Shown: piece after piece, positions 1-8,848 of the stretch
How positions within the stretch are numbered: position 1 is the stretch's first letter
How the letters are laid out: each line of letters starts with the position of its first letter
Translations under genes and position numbers: made by a program
Notes under the pieces: model-generated
The model's input: only the letters and a program-made list of their open reading frames with translations
Databases searched by the model: none
What the model was told of the DNA's origin: nothing
Assembly (NCBI GenBank): GCA_029762535.1
Contig: JARVGK010000010.1
Span: 19,892-83,891, forward strand
From: Thermoplasmatota archaeon
GTDB taxonomy: Archaea > Thermoplasmatota > Penumbrarchaeia > Penumbrarchaeales > Penumbrarchaeaceae
Reading direction: 5' to 3'
DNA: 64,000 nucleotides

Positions 1-1898
1 AGAGCGGTGAACGTCTCGTGATGCATGGAACCGTTCGGCGTCCTCACGATGACCTCAACCGCTCTGCTCCCTCCCGGTGGGACATCGGACCCGTCAAGGT
101 CAAGGCTCAGATCCCATCCTTGGGGAGGCGTGGCGTGTTCGAGGACTATGTCATCCACGATATCGCCGGTGTTGAACACATCGAATGAGTAAGAGGCGCT
201 CTCCCCGGGAAGGGCGATCCCTTTGAGTTCCGATGCGGAGGATCCCACGCCAAAGGTAGGGTTCCGCGTCAATCTGATGGTCAGATTGTAATATGTCACA
301 TCGTACATCGATACCTCAGGGAGGCTGGCCTGGATGTGGAGCCTGGTCTCGCCGTCGAAGCGCTCCAGCACGTGAAAGACCCCGAGCGAGGGCTGCTCCT
401 CAAAAACCAACTCAACGCTGAGCGGATCGGTGTAATCGTGAGGCAGGACGATGGGCTCGTAGAACAGGTCCTCTCCATGATGGTACATATCCCAGTTGGG
501 GAACCACGTGTCCACGGAAGGCGGCCGATGGTAGCTGATGTTGAGCTCCATGGTCGCCCCATCGACCCTTTCGAACTCTACCCTTGTCAGGTTCAGCCCA
601 GGGTCATGATCGTTCCTGAAAGGGTCGTGCATAGGATCCCCATAATAGACCCTATTGGATTTACCCCCAAGCATGGCGGCCGCGGAAGGCCATTCCACGG
701 GATCGAAATCCCCGGAGGGCAGTATGTCCGGAAGGTAGGCGCTCTCCCCCTCATTGTAAAGGCGTAGGTTCGGGCTGTTTCCCATGAACCCCATCACGAC
801 CTGGTCCAGGGATCTCTTGTATATGTCGCCCATGGGCTCATGGTATCTAAGAGCGTTCCACTGGTCGAAATAGCTGTTGTATCCGTGGTTCGCCCCGATG
901 GGTGCAAAATATCCCGTGGCGTTGTCACCCAAAATCCTGTTGAAGAAAGCGAAATCATCTGACATCTCGTAGAATCTCACAACCCCTTCCGTGTTGCCGA
1001 AGGTCGCTGCGATATCCCCCTCGACCAGGGCCCTCTTGGGCACTCCTGAATGGCATGTCCCCGCGAACACGACCGCGGGGTAGAGATCTATCCCGCTCAG
1101 GTTCTCGGGTGTCAATCCCATCCGGGCATGGGCGGGATCCTCGATCTTCGCAGGGTCGTAGGTCCATACGGGCGGGTCAGGGTCGAGGTTCCCTCCTTTG
1201 AATAGCCATGTCATATGTGGATCCCCGTCCCCGCTGATGGTAACCATCCTCGATCCTTCGAGGTCCGCCGCGTTATCGAGGAAGAAGTCCCTTCCGGAAC
1301 CAGTGTCGTTGACCTCCATATACAGGTGGACCTCCGAGTCCCTCACGATCTTGTGGAAGCTGTTCGAGCCGGTCACCCTCCAGTTCAGGGAGCTTGCGGA
1401 ATATCCGGACACTTTCATAGGGAGCAGATGAGCCTCTTCCTCCTCCGCCCTGATGATGTTCTCGACGAAGGAGAGGGCGTCAGCGGGCGTCGCCCCGGTT
1501 ATGTATCCCCATGAGAAGTCAGGGAAGGGATCGTCGTCCAGCGTTGTCGAGTTCATGACGAAGGACCTGTGGAAGTTGATGTCCATCTCCAGGGGTCTGA
1601 CGACCACGGCGACGTATCTGGCATCCATCTCCTTCAGGCCCTCCATGAGAGATGGGAGATCGTCCACGGAGAACTCGATCACGGTCCCGCCCCTGAATAG
1701 CGCCAATGCCTCGGCGGCATCCCTGTAGGGATCCGTCGAGTTCGCCGTTGTCGCAATGACGTACGTCGATGGCACATCCAACACATTAGGCGTCCCTTCG
1801 ACGTTACCGCCTGAGATAAATGAATAAGGAAAAGAGGGGCCTGCTATGAGGAGAAGGACGACGATCGAGATCATACCAGGAACGTTTAGAGAATGCAT
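1..1898 (-). CDS. Secreted protein, partial (runs off the window start); C25/gingipain-like domain followed by a NEW3/Ig-like domain
   Basis: Not in the ORF track because it has no stop in the window. My manual translation from ATG 1898 (or 1874) stays open to position 1. It shows a signal peptide MISIVVLLLIAGP, then FSWGYITG, VVFAGTCHSG, YYGDP, and PGESASYSFDVFNTGD...GWDLSL...VPPGGS. Confidence 0.65.
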   Translation of the reverse strand, partial: MHSLNVPGMISIVVLLLIAGPSFPYSFISGGNVEGTPNVLDVPSTYVIATTANSTDPYRDAAEALALFRGGTVIEFSVDDLPSLMEGLKEMDARYVAVVVRPLEMDINFHRSFVMNSTTLDDDPFPDFSWGYITGATPADALSFVENIIRAEEEEAHLLPMKVSGYSASSLNWRVTGSNSFHKIVRDSEVHLYMEVNDTGSGRDFFLDNAADLEGSRMVTISGDGDPHMTWLFKGGNLDPDPPVWTYDPAKIEDPAHARMGLTPENLSGIDLYPAVVFAGTCHSGVPKRALVEGDIAATFGNTEGVVRFYEMSDDFAFFNRILGDNATGYFAPIGANHGYNSYFDQWNALRYHEPMGDIYKRSLDQVVMGFMGNSPNLRLYNEGESAYLPDILPSGDFDPVEWPSAAAMLGGKSNRVYYGDPMHDPFRNDHDPGLNLTRVEFERVDGATMELNISYHRPPSVDTWFPNWDMYHHGEDLFYEPIVLPHDYTDPLSVELVFEEQPSLGVFHVLERFDGETRLHIQASLPEVSMYDVTYYNLTIRLTRNPTFGVGSSASELKGIALPGESASYSFDVFNTGDIVDDIVLEHATPPQGWDLSLDLDGSDVPPGGSRAVEVIVRTPNGSMHHETFTA

Positions 1899-2124
1899 CG
1901 AATGAGAACAACACGTTAGAGATACTAATATTATTCTCGATAGATATCGCTGGGACGGACTGGTACGGATGTGAGATATGGGGTCGATTCAGCCCATACT
2001 CGGCCATTGTATGGATACCTGACCTCTTGCCGATCCTGCTCCGATCGATCGAATCTTGCTATGCTATGGATCTGAGAACGAAGGAGGTTGAAAAACCTTT
2101 AGGCAGGCACGACCTATTGTCGTT

Positions 2125-3579
2125 TCACCTGTTCCTCATCATCGAGTAATACCCGATCACGTCACCGTCATATCCAAGCCTGTTGAGGATCTCCCCCTTC
2201 AGCTCGAGCGACCTCTTGAAGAAAATGAAGTTATCAAGGATCCAACCCGCTGCTGACTCCGTCAGGCCTCCCTGAAGCCATCTTTTTAGGAAGAATCCTT
2301 TCGATGTCAGATAATATTTGTAGTACTTCTCGGCCTCCTTCCTCTTCCCTGGGGTGGAATACAGCATCATGGTGAGATTGATGTAGCTCTCGGGATAGTC
2401 CGGGTTCCTGTTTATCGCCTCCAGAAAGGCCTTGATCGCTTCAGGGTACTTCCCTTGAGAGGCGAGTACCTTCCCTCTCTCGTTGAAGGCGATCTCGTAT
2501 TCCCCCGGTTCAAAGATGATCTCCCTGAGGGACCTTCCACGATCCATTTTAAAGAGGATGTTGTCAGAACCGCTGGACATCCCGAACCCGTTCACTGGAT
2601 TCAATTCGATGGCACGATCCACTTGTTGCAATGCATAGTGATCCTTACCGCTCCTGTGCATATCATCCGCCCTGATCAACGCTCTGCTGACCGCTTTGAG
2701 TTCGTGCTGCATCTTCAGGTCCAGCGATCTCAAGGATACGATCGACCCCATGCCAGCAATGAGCAATAGAATTCCTGCCGCAGCGGAGATCTCGAACACC
2801 CTTATCGGACCTACAATTCGAAGAGTGCACAAAGATACCGCTGAAACCAAGACCCCTGAGGACCAGATAAGAGAGGGCATCGATCTCCTCAAGGGGAACG
2901 CCGAAGAGCTCATATTTATCGCCATGATCGAGAAGGTCATCACCATCCCGATCAATAATAGGGTCTCATTTCGGAGCATCCAGTGATCGACGATGTCGGG
3001 TTTATCCAACATTATACGTGTGAGCCCGAAAAAAGAAGGCATGAATCCCAAAACGGGCAGAAAGAGACGATCTATCCGCACCTTCTTTATACCCAGGGCC
3101 GAAGCTATGACCGCGGCCAAGCCCGATATGAGAAAGATTATGGCGATGGTCGAACTATCGGCCCGCGGCTTCGCGTTCAAAACATAGGATAGCGATGACG
3201 ATACGACAAGCATGCCCATGATGAAGGAGAGAGTGAGCATAGGCTCCTTTCCAAAAGAAAGGGCCCTCGTCTGATAGATGATCGCTCCCGAACCCAGTAG
3301 GGAGAGGAATAGCATAGGGAACACCATCCATGATGACCTCTCCATCGTCTCCGAATAGTGATCTCCCATTATCGGACCCGACGCATGGATGAAAAGAGAT
3401 ATCGCCATACAGAATGTGGCGATCAGGAAGATCGTGTTGATGCTCGTCAGGTCATCCCTGGGAAATTTCCCCACACACCCCTCGCAAACAGGTCCGGAAG
3501 GGCTACTTGAACCGCACATAAGGCATCCTCCTCCCTCCTCAAAGGGGGGATCCTTACGCGATGTCCTGCCGCCCTCCAT
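2125..3579 (-). CDS. Polytopic membrane protein with N-terminal CxxC...CxxC and C-terminal TPR repeats
   Basis: CLMC/CEGC, about 8 hydrophobic segments, then TPR-like helices (ALQQVDRAIELNP; GKYPEAIKAFLEAINRNPDYPESYINL). The start could instead be 3630. Confidence 0.7.
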   Translation of the reverse strand: MEGGRTSRKDPPFEEGGGCLMCGSSSPSGPVCEGCVGKFPRDDLTSINTIFLIATFCMAISLFIHASGPIMGDHYSETMERSSWMVFPMLFLSLLGSGAIIYQTRALSFGKEPMLTLSFIMGMLVVSSSLSYVLNAKPRADSSTIAIIFLISGLAAVIASALGIKKVRIDRLFLPVLGFMPSFFGLTRIMLDKPDIVDHWMLRNETLLLIGMVMTFSIMAINMSSSAFPLRRSMPSLIWSSGVLVSAVSLCTLRIVGPIRVFEISAAAGILLLIAGMGSIVSLRSLDLKMQHELKAVSRALIRADDMHRSGKDHYALQQVDRAIELNPVNGFGMSSGSDNILFKMDRGRSLREIIFEPGEYEIAFNERGKVLASQGKYPEAIKAFLEAINRNPDYPESYINLTMMLYSTPGKRKEAEKYYKYYLTSKGFFLKRWLQGGLTESAAGWILDNFIFFKRSLELKGEILNRLGYDGDVIGYYSMMRNR

Positions 3580-3599
3580 TGTACGCTCCTTCAAGAGGT

Positions 3600-4979
3600 T
3601 CAATGGACCACCACCCTTCGATGACCCCACCGCAGCTCGATCCCCCTGCGAGTAACGTACATGAAATATAGATATGCAGTGTGGAATCCATTGATCAGAT
3701 CGTAAACGGTCTTAAGTGGCAGATACTGGACGAGGCCCCTAGTCTCTTTATACTGGACGAGGATCAAGACCCTCATAAGGAAATAGAACGCTACGAGAAT
3801 GACGCTCCGCAATGCGATGAACTCGAGGAGCGAGTGATAGGACAAACCCGTAAAAAGCAACGTTATGGTAAGTAAGAACGATACAAGGAAAATAAGGGCG
3901 GACAATGTCGTGGAGATCCATGTGAAATAAGTGTACAACGCCCAGGGATTTCGCCAGAGATGCCATTTGTTCTCCCTCCACGCCTGGAACTGACCGAAAA
4001 TCCATCTCCTTCTCTGATTGAACCATCCGGTCCATGAGACCGGCGCTTCGGTATACGACCTGGCACCCGGTGCGGCCCTCGTCGTATATCCGGTGGACAG
4101 GATCGACATGGTCAGGTCGCAATCCTCAACGACCGTTCTATCCAAAGGCGGATACATACGAGCAAGGTCCGTTCTCATGCCGAATATCGGGCCAGGGGCT
4201 ATAAGGACGGACCCATCCTCGCTCTGGCACGTCCTTATCACATGCTGGGTGATTATGTATTCGAGCTGCTGAAGCTTCGTTAGGGTTCCGGCAAAGGTGT
4301 TCCTTATCGTCACGAAACCGCCAACAATCCCGGCGTCCGGGTATGCCCTGAAGGTCTCTACTATCTCGGAGACGGCGTTCTTGTCCATCGTGCTGTCCCC
4401 GTCGGTCATAAGTACGATAGGCCCCGTGGCTTTTTGGATCCCGTAGGTGAGGGCCGAGGCCTTGCCCCCGTTCTCTTTATGATATATCTTAAGGTCCCTG
4501 CGTCCCGATCCGCCCTTGAATATACTGGATACAGACCATGTATTGTCCCTGGACCCATCGTCGATCACCAATACCTCTATCTCTCCCCGATAGGTCTGAT
4601 CGTAACAGTTCAGTATCGCCCTGCCCACGTTGAGCCCTTCGTTGTAGCAGGGAATGATGATTGATACCTTTGGATATCTCGATCGGGCGAAGGGATCCGG
4701 TCCTGAACCCGTTCCTGTCCTCTTTCGGAACTTCCCGGAAAACGCCTTTGAAATGGTCGAACGTACCGCCAGATATGTGAACGGGAAGACGTTCGCTAGA
4801 ATGAAGAACGTGTAGTATAGGTCCAAAATGAGATAGAGGGGGCCCCCTTGATGGATCTCCTCGGCGTCAAGGACCAATTTTCCGTTGCCTATGGAAAGAC
4901 CCAGATGTGCGGGGATAGCGATAAGGGGCAGTGTCAATACCATTGCAAGCATTAGGCATACAACGATGGATATCCTCAT
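3600..4979 (-). CDS. Processive GT2 glycosyltransferase (IcaA/PgaC/NodC/chitin-synthase-like)
   Basis: IIPCYNE, DDGSRD, NGGKASAL, TDGD, QQLEY, VEDCDL, TEAP and QRRRW motifs, with TM helices at both ends. ATGA overlap with the upstream stop at 4976-4979. Confidence 0.9.
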   Translation of the reverse strand: MRISIVVCLMLAMVLTLPLIAIPAHLGLSIGNGKLVLDAEEIHQGGPLYLILDLYYTFFILANVFPFTYLAVRSTISKAFSGKFRKRTGTGSGPDPFARSRYPKVSIIIPCYNEGLNVGRAILNCYDQTYRGEIEVLVIDDGSRDNTWSVSSIFKGGSGRRDLKIYHKENGGKASALTYGIQKATGPIVLMTDGDSTMDKNAVSEIVETFRAYPDAGIVGGFVTIRNTFAGTLTKLQQLEYIITQHVIRTCQSEDGSVLIAPGPIFGMRTDLARMYPPLDRTVVEDCDLTMSILSTGYTTRAAPGARSYTEAPVSWTGWFNQRRRWIFGQFQAWRENKWHLWRNPWALYTYFTWISTTLSALIFLVSFLLTITLLFTGLSYHSLLEFIALRSVILVAFYFLMRVLILVQYKETRGLVQYLPLKTVYDLINGFHTAYLYFMYVTRRGIELRWGHRRVVVH

Positions 4980-7900
4980 GGAAGGACCACCCCGTCCGAC
5001 CATTCGATATCCTCCTCGAGTAACTCCTCGAACTCCACTTCTTCGTCCCAGATGATCTCCTCTTCCAGCTTCGGGGCCAGCTCATCGGGCGTGTCGATCA
5101 TGTCCATGACGGGATCGTCCACATCTTCCGGGGCGGATATCATGGACACGTATTCGTCCAGGTCCTCGTCCATCTCCATAACATCCTCGTAGAGAGAGCC
5201 GTGTATCGTTCGATGCGAACTGCCATCGTTCACGCGAGGGACGCTCATCGAAGGGTATCTCGACATCAAAGGAAGGGGTCCGCCGCCCATGTTACTGGAG
5301 AGGATCCTGAGCCTACTGCCCATATCCGCAGTCCCGGATGGGTACAGATCACCACATGTATCGATGCAGAATTCATCATCTTCTGCGTCGGCAGGGTTCT
5401 TGGGCCCTCTCCTATATCTTATGATCAGGATCGCGATCGATGCTGCCGTGACAAGGAATGACATTACCAAAAGGGAGAATATGGAGGCCAGTAAGAGGGA
5501 CGAGGCGGTCTGTACCTCCTCGATAGAGGTCCGGTTGGCATCATCGGGCGGTGCGATTATTACGACCTGGGTCACCGTAACGTTCTCTATCGGCGGAAGG
5601 AATACATCCACTTTGGAGAGGTCCGTGAGATCCCTTGCCAATCCGGTGTTGAGGTCCGTCGAAACGGTCGCATGCGTCTCCGCGTAGGAGAAAATGCCGT
5701 GATCGTCGCTTACCCAAAGACCGATCCGATAATGACCCGGATCAAGGGTGAGCGAGATCGATGGAAGGTTCGAGATGTTCACACCATCCAGGGACCATGT
5801 CGTTCCCATCACCCATCCGTCCGCATCGAACGAACCAGAGGATGAGAGTTCTAAGGATCCCCCACGATAACAATCGATATTACCCGTGATCACGGGGATA
5901 GGGGCCATGTTGCTCGATGATATCTCAGCGGAGAAGCCCCCGACATGCCCAGCCCTATCCACGGCCCTAACTTTTATACTGATGGTGCGTCCGGGGTCCC
6001 TTCTCATCCAGGTCCAGTTCCGATCGGTCGTTCCCGTCATTTCCCAATACGGACCTCTGAGGGACCATACCTCGTAATGGTCTATGCCGGAACCGGGGAG
6101 GTCCATGGACCGCTTCCAACTTATGTTGTATTCGAGGTTGGTATTATTCCTCACCGATATCATGGTTTGAGATGGGGCGGTCGGGGCATTGAGGTCCACC
6201 AATACTGGAACGCTATCCTCTTCTGTGCTCAGACCCGCGTTGCTCTCAACGGTTAGCTTCAATGTGTATCGGCATCCCTCGGTCAGTGACCCCTGGTAGG
6301 TAAAAGATGTGCCGTTGACCATAATATTTTTGAAGACCACGCCTCTGTTTCCGTTACCCGCATCGTATAACAGTGTCGCGAGGGAACCCTTGATCCCCGA
6401 AACCGGAACGAAGGTCTCCTTCCATCTCCATGTGATTTGTTCCTGAGTGATGATGGAGGATCCCGCATCTGGCGTGGATATCCTTGGATTGGACCTGTCA
6501 AGGCACAGTTCGACCCGCCCGAACTCGCTTCGCGAACCGAACTCATCCACCGCTCTAACCTCGATCAAGTGTTCTCCTTCAACGAGTCCCTCCATCGTAA
6601 GGACTGTCGAATCTGTGACGGATATATCCCCCCCGTTCAACCTCCATTCGTAGAACGAGATCCCCGCCAGACCCTCGATCGGATCCCAGATGATATCGAC
6701 CGGATCCGAGGAGGTCCAACCTTCAGGTGCACCATACGGCTGCGGAGTTGATGGAGGCGGTATATCGCTGTGATATCGAAGGTCCTCGACCGTCCTGTTA
6801 TTCTGTGTGGTGAACCGGAGGAAGAATGACATGTCGTGATCGAGCACCACGATCTTCAGCAGCACCCTGTTGATGCCATGCTTCAAACTCACCATTGTGG
6901 TGTTCTGGTCCGGTCCGACATCCCGTTCTTCATCGATGACAAGTGCGACCTCTCCGTTGATCCACACTTTGATCGCATCCGAGCTCCCTATCCTCATTTG
7001 GACATCCATATCACGAGGGGATATGACGAACATATGGGAATACGCGACCGAATAAGATGTGTGACCGTACACAAGGTCCAGGTCGATGAGGTCCCTGTCC
7101 ATGGTGGCGTCGGTCCACGGCCTTCCTCCGGTTATCGTTCCCGCTCGGGGCACTATTTCCGCCTCGTTCTCGAAGAACGTCCTTTCGAGAAGGCCCTTGG
7201 AATGACCTGTAAAGAACGTTCCTGCGGAAAGCCATGTCCTGACGCTGTAAGGCATCCATGAAAGGTGTATGGACCCAATGGTTATGTTCGATGCATCTTC
7301 GAACCTGGGGACCACCCGGATGTATCTTATGTTCCCCAACCATTCGGGATGATCGTCGAGATGGATCGAAACTATGCCCCACCTGGCCTCCTTCATGACC
7401 TCTGTACGGACCATCATCGGCTCCGAAAAACGCGTATGATCGTTGGACCAGTAGACATCGATGAAACAACTCTCATCATCTATGGCCGCGTCGATCTCGA
7501 TAACGTTGATATCCTTCGCATTGATGCCCAATAGCGGCGACATAAGCCCGGCTTCCTTGGAATTCGCTATCGTCCATCTACCGCCTCGGGGGTAATGATG
7601 GCCCGAATCGGTAAGCCTCCAACCTTCCCTGTCTTGGTCATGCTCGAAATCCCATTTCAGATCGGTCACTGCCGTGGTCTGGTTCTTGAGCGGACAACTG
7701 GCATATTCCTCAAAGGGGTCTCCGACGAGGGCCTGACCATAGGACGGATAGCTCCTGAGGAACTTGTAAGAGAAGAGACATACGCCCAATGCGTTGCTGG
7801 ACAGTGCGTAGTTGACCTGCGCGTTCATGGTCTCGATCCCGACGGTCTCGTTCGGGACCGAGCCATGGGCGGTGTTCCCAGGCACATATACGTAAGTGCC

Positions 7901-8848
7901 AGCAACGACCGGGCAGGAATGTTGATCGATGTTGAGATCGATCAACTGTCTATAGGTATCAAAAGAGGTCGTATATGTCATGGGGGTCACGAAATCGACC
8001 AAGCCCGTCTGCGACCAAAGCTCAGAATCCTGAAAGATGGAGTACTGCCTGCTGTAGCTGTTGGTGAATATGTCGGCTCCTATCCAAGCATAAGGACGAA
8101 CCTCATTTATCGCGTCGGATATTGCCATCATGCACTCCGTTATCTGCTGCCTTCTGAAAGCGTTGAAATCCGTCCAATTCTCCTCGTAGTAGATCTGGAT
8201 GGAATACTCATCGTAGCCGTAGTTCGATCCGGGATAACGGATCGTATCCAATTTTATCCCATCCAAGGGGTAATCGGCCATGAGCTGTCCGGTGACGTTT
8301 GCGAGATAACTCTGGACCTCGGGCAGGGTGGGATTGAGCCACGAGGGGCTCCGATAACCGCTGCTGCTGACGCATCCCCATTCCGGGTGTTCTCTCAAGA
8401 CTATGGGATCGATCAAGGTATGGAACCAGGGCATCACATGTATACCGTACTTGTGAGCCTCTCTTATGAGGTCCATGAGAGGATCGAAATCCCAGGCGAG
8501 CTCGCTGAACCTCGGGTGATAGGACGAATTGTAGAAGACACCGAGATAGTTGCCGTTTATCAAGGGGCTCAGGCAGTTCACGTTGGAGCTTCTGGCGGTT
8601 TCGACGACCTTCAATACCTCGGAATGGTTGATGATCTGATATCCCTCGAGCCACATGGACCGATACTGGAACAGCCTTGTATCGTTCCCGCCGTCCTGCT
8701 GGCCGTAGCCTCCCGGGGAGAAGGTATCGTGGACGGGTTCGTCCCTTTCTGCATCGGCGAGTGATGTGAAGGGGCCGATGAGCGAGGACAATGACAACAA
8801 TACGATCGTGAACTGAAAGCACATCGCCCCCCTCATTCTATCTCTCAT
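4976..8848 (-). CDS. Membrane-anchored GHL10 (YddW/DigH-like) glycoside hydrolase with accessory beta-sandwich, FN3 and PKD domains
   Basis: Signal peptide; RSMWL, GIHVMPWF, WLNPTLPEVQSYL, YPLDGIKLDTIRYP, VDFVTPMTY; FN3 (SGIDHYEV...VRAVDRAGH); PKD (SSGSFDADG); C-terminal TM and acidic tail. Confidence 0.8.
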   Translation of the reverse strand: MRDRMRGAMCFQFTIVLLSLSSLIGPFTSLADAERDEPVHDTFSPGGYGQQDGGNDTRLFQYRSMWLEGYQIINHSEVLKVVETARSSNVNCLSPLINGNYLGVFYNSSYHPRFSELAWDFDPLMDLIREAHKYGIHVMPWFHTLIDPIVLREHPEWGCVSSSGYRSPSWLNPTLPEVQSYLANVTGQLMADYPLDGIKLDTIRYPGSNYGYDEYSIQIYYEENWTDFNAFRRQQITECMMAISDAINEVRPYAWIGADIFTNSYSRQYSIFQDSELWSQTGLVDFVTPMTYTTSFDTYRQLIDLNIDQHSCPVVAGTYVYVPGNTAHGSVPNETVGIETMNAQVNYALSSNALGVCLFSYKFLRSYPSYGQALVGDPFEEYASCPLKNQTTAVTDLKWDFEHDQDREGWRLTDSGHHYPRGGRWTIANSKEAGLMSPLLGINAKDINVIEIDAAIDDESCFIDVYWSNDHTRFSEPMMVRTEVMKEARWGIVSIHLDDHPEWLGNIRYIRVVPRFEDASNITIGSIHLSWMPYSVRTWLSAGTFFTGHSKGLLERTFFENEAEIVPRAGTITGGRPWTDATMDRDLIDLDLVYGHTSYSVAYSHMFVISPRDMDVQMRIGSSDAIKVWINGEVALVIDEERDVGPDQNTTMVSLKHGINRVLLKIVVLDHDMSFFLRFTTQNNRTVEDLRYHSDIPPPSTPQPYGAPEGWTSSDPVDIIWDPIEGLAGISFYEWRLNGGDISVTDSTVLTMEGLVEGEHLIEVRAVDEFGSRSEFGRVELCLDRSNPRISTPDAGSSIITQEQITWRWKETFVPVSGIKGSLATLLYDAGNGNRGVVFKNIMVNGTSFTYQGSLTEGCRYTLKLTVESNAGLSTEEDSVPVLVDLNAPTAPSQTMISVRNNTNLEYNISWKRSMDLPGSGIDHYEVWSLRGPYWEMTGTTDRNWTWMRRDPGRTISIKVRAVDRAGHVGGFSAEISSSNMAPIPVITGNIDCYRGGSLELSSSGSFDADGWVMGTTWSLDGVNISNLPSISLTLDPGHYRIGLWVSDDHGIFSYAETHATVSTDLNTGLARDLTDLSKVDVFLPPIENVTVTQVVIIAPPDDANRTSIEEVQTASSLLLASIFSLLVMSFLVTAASIAILIIRYRRGPKNPADAEDDEFCIDTCGDLYPSGTADMGSRLRILSSNMGGGPLPLMSRYPSMSVPRVNDGSSHRTIHGSLYEDVMEMDEDLDEYVSMISAPEDVDDPVMDMIDTPDELAPKLEEEIIWDEEVEFEELLEEDIEWSDGVVLP

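Noticed and set aside
7595-8764. Long antisense ORFs (also 13837-14847, 14974-16077, 19150-20175, 45853-47409)
   Set aside because: They are shadows of well-supported genes on the opposite strand or in another frame, as expected with high GC3.
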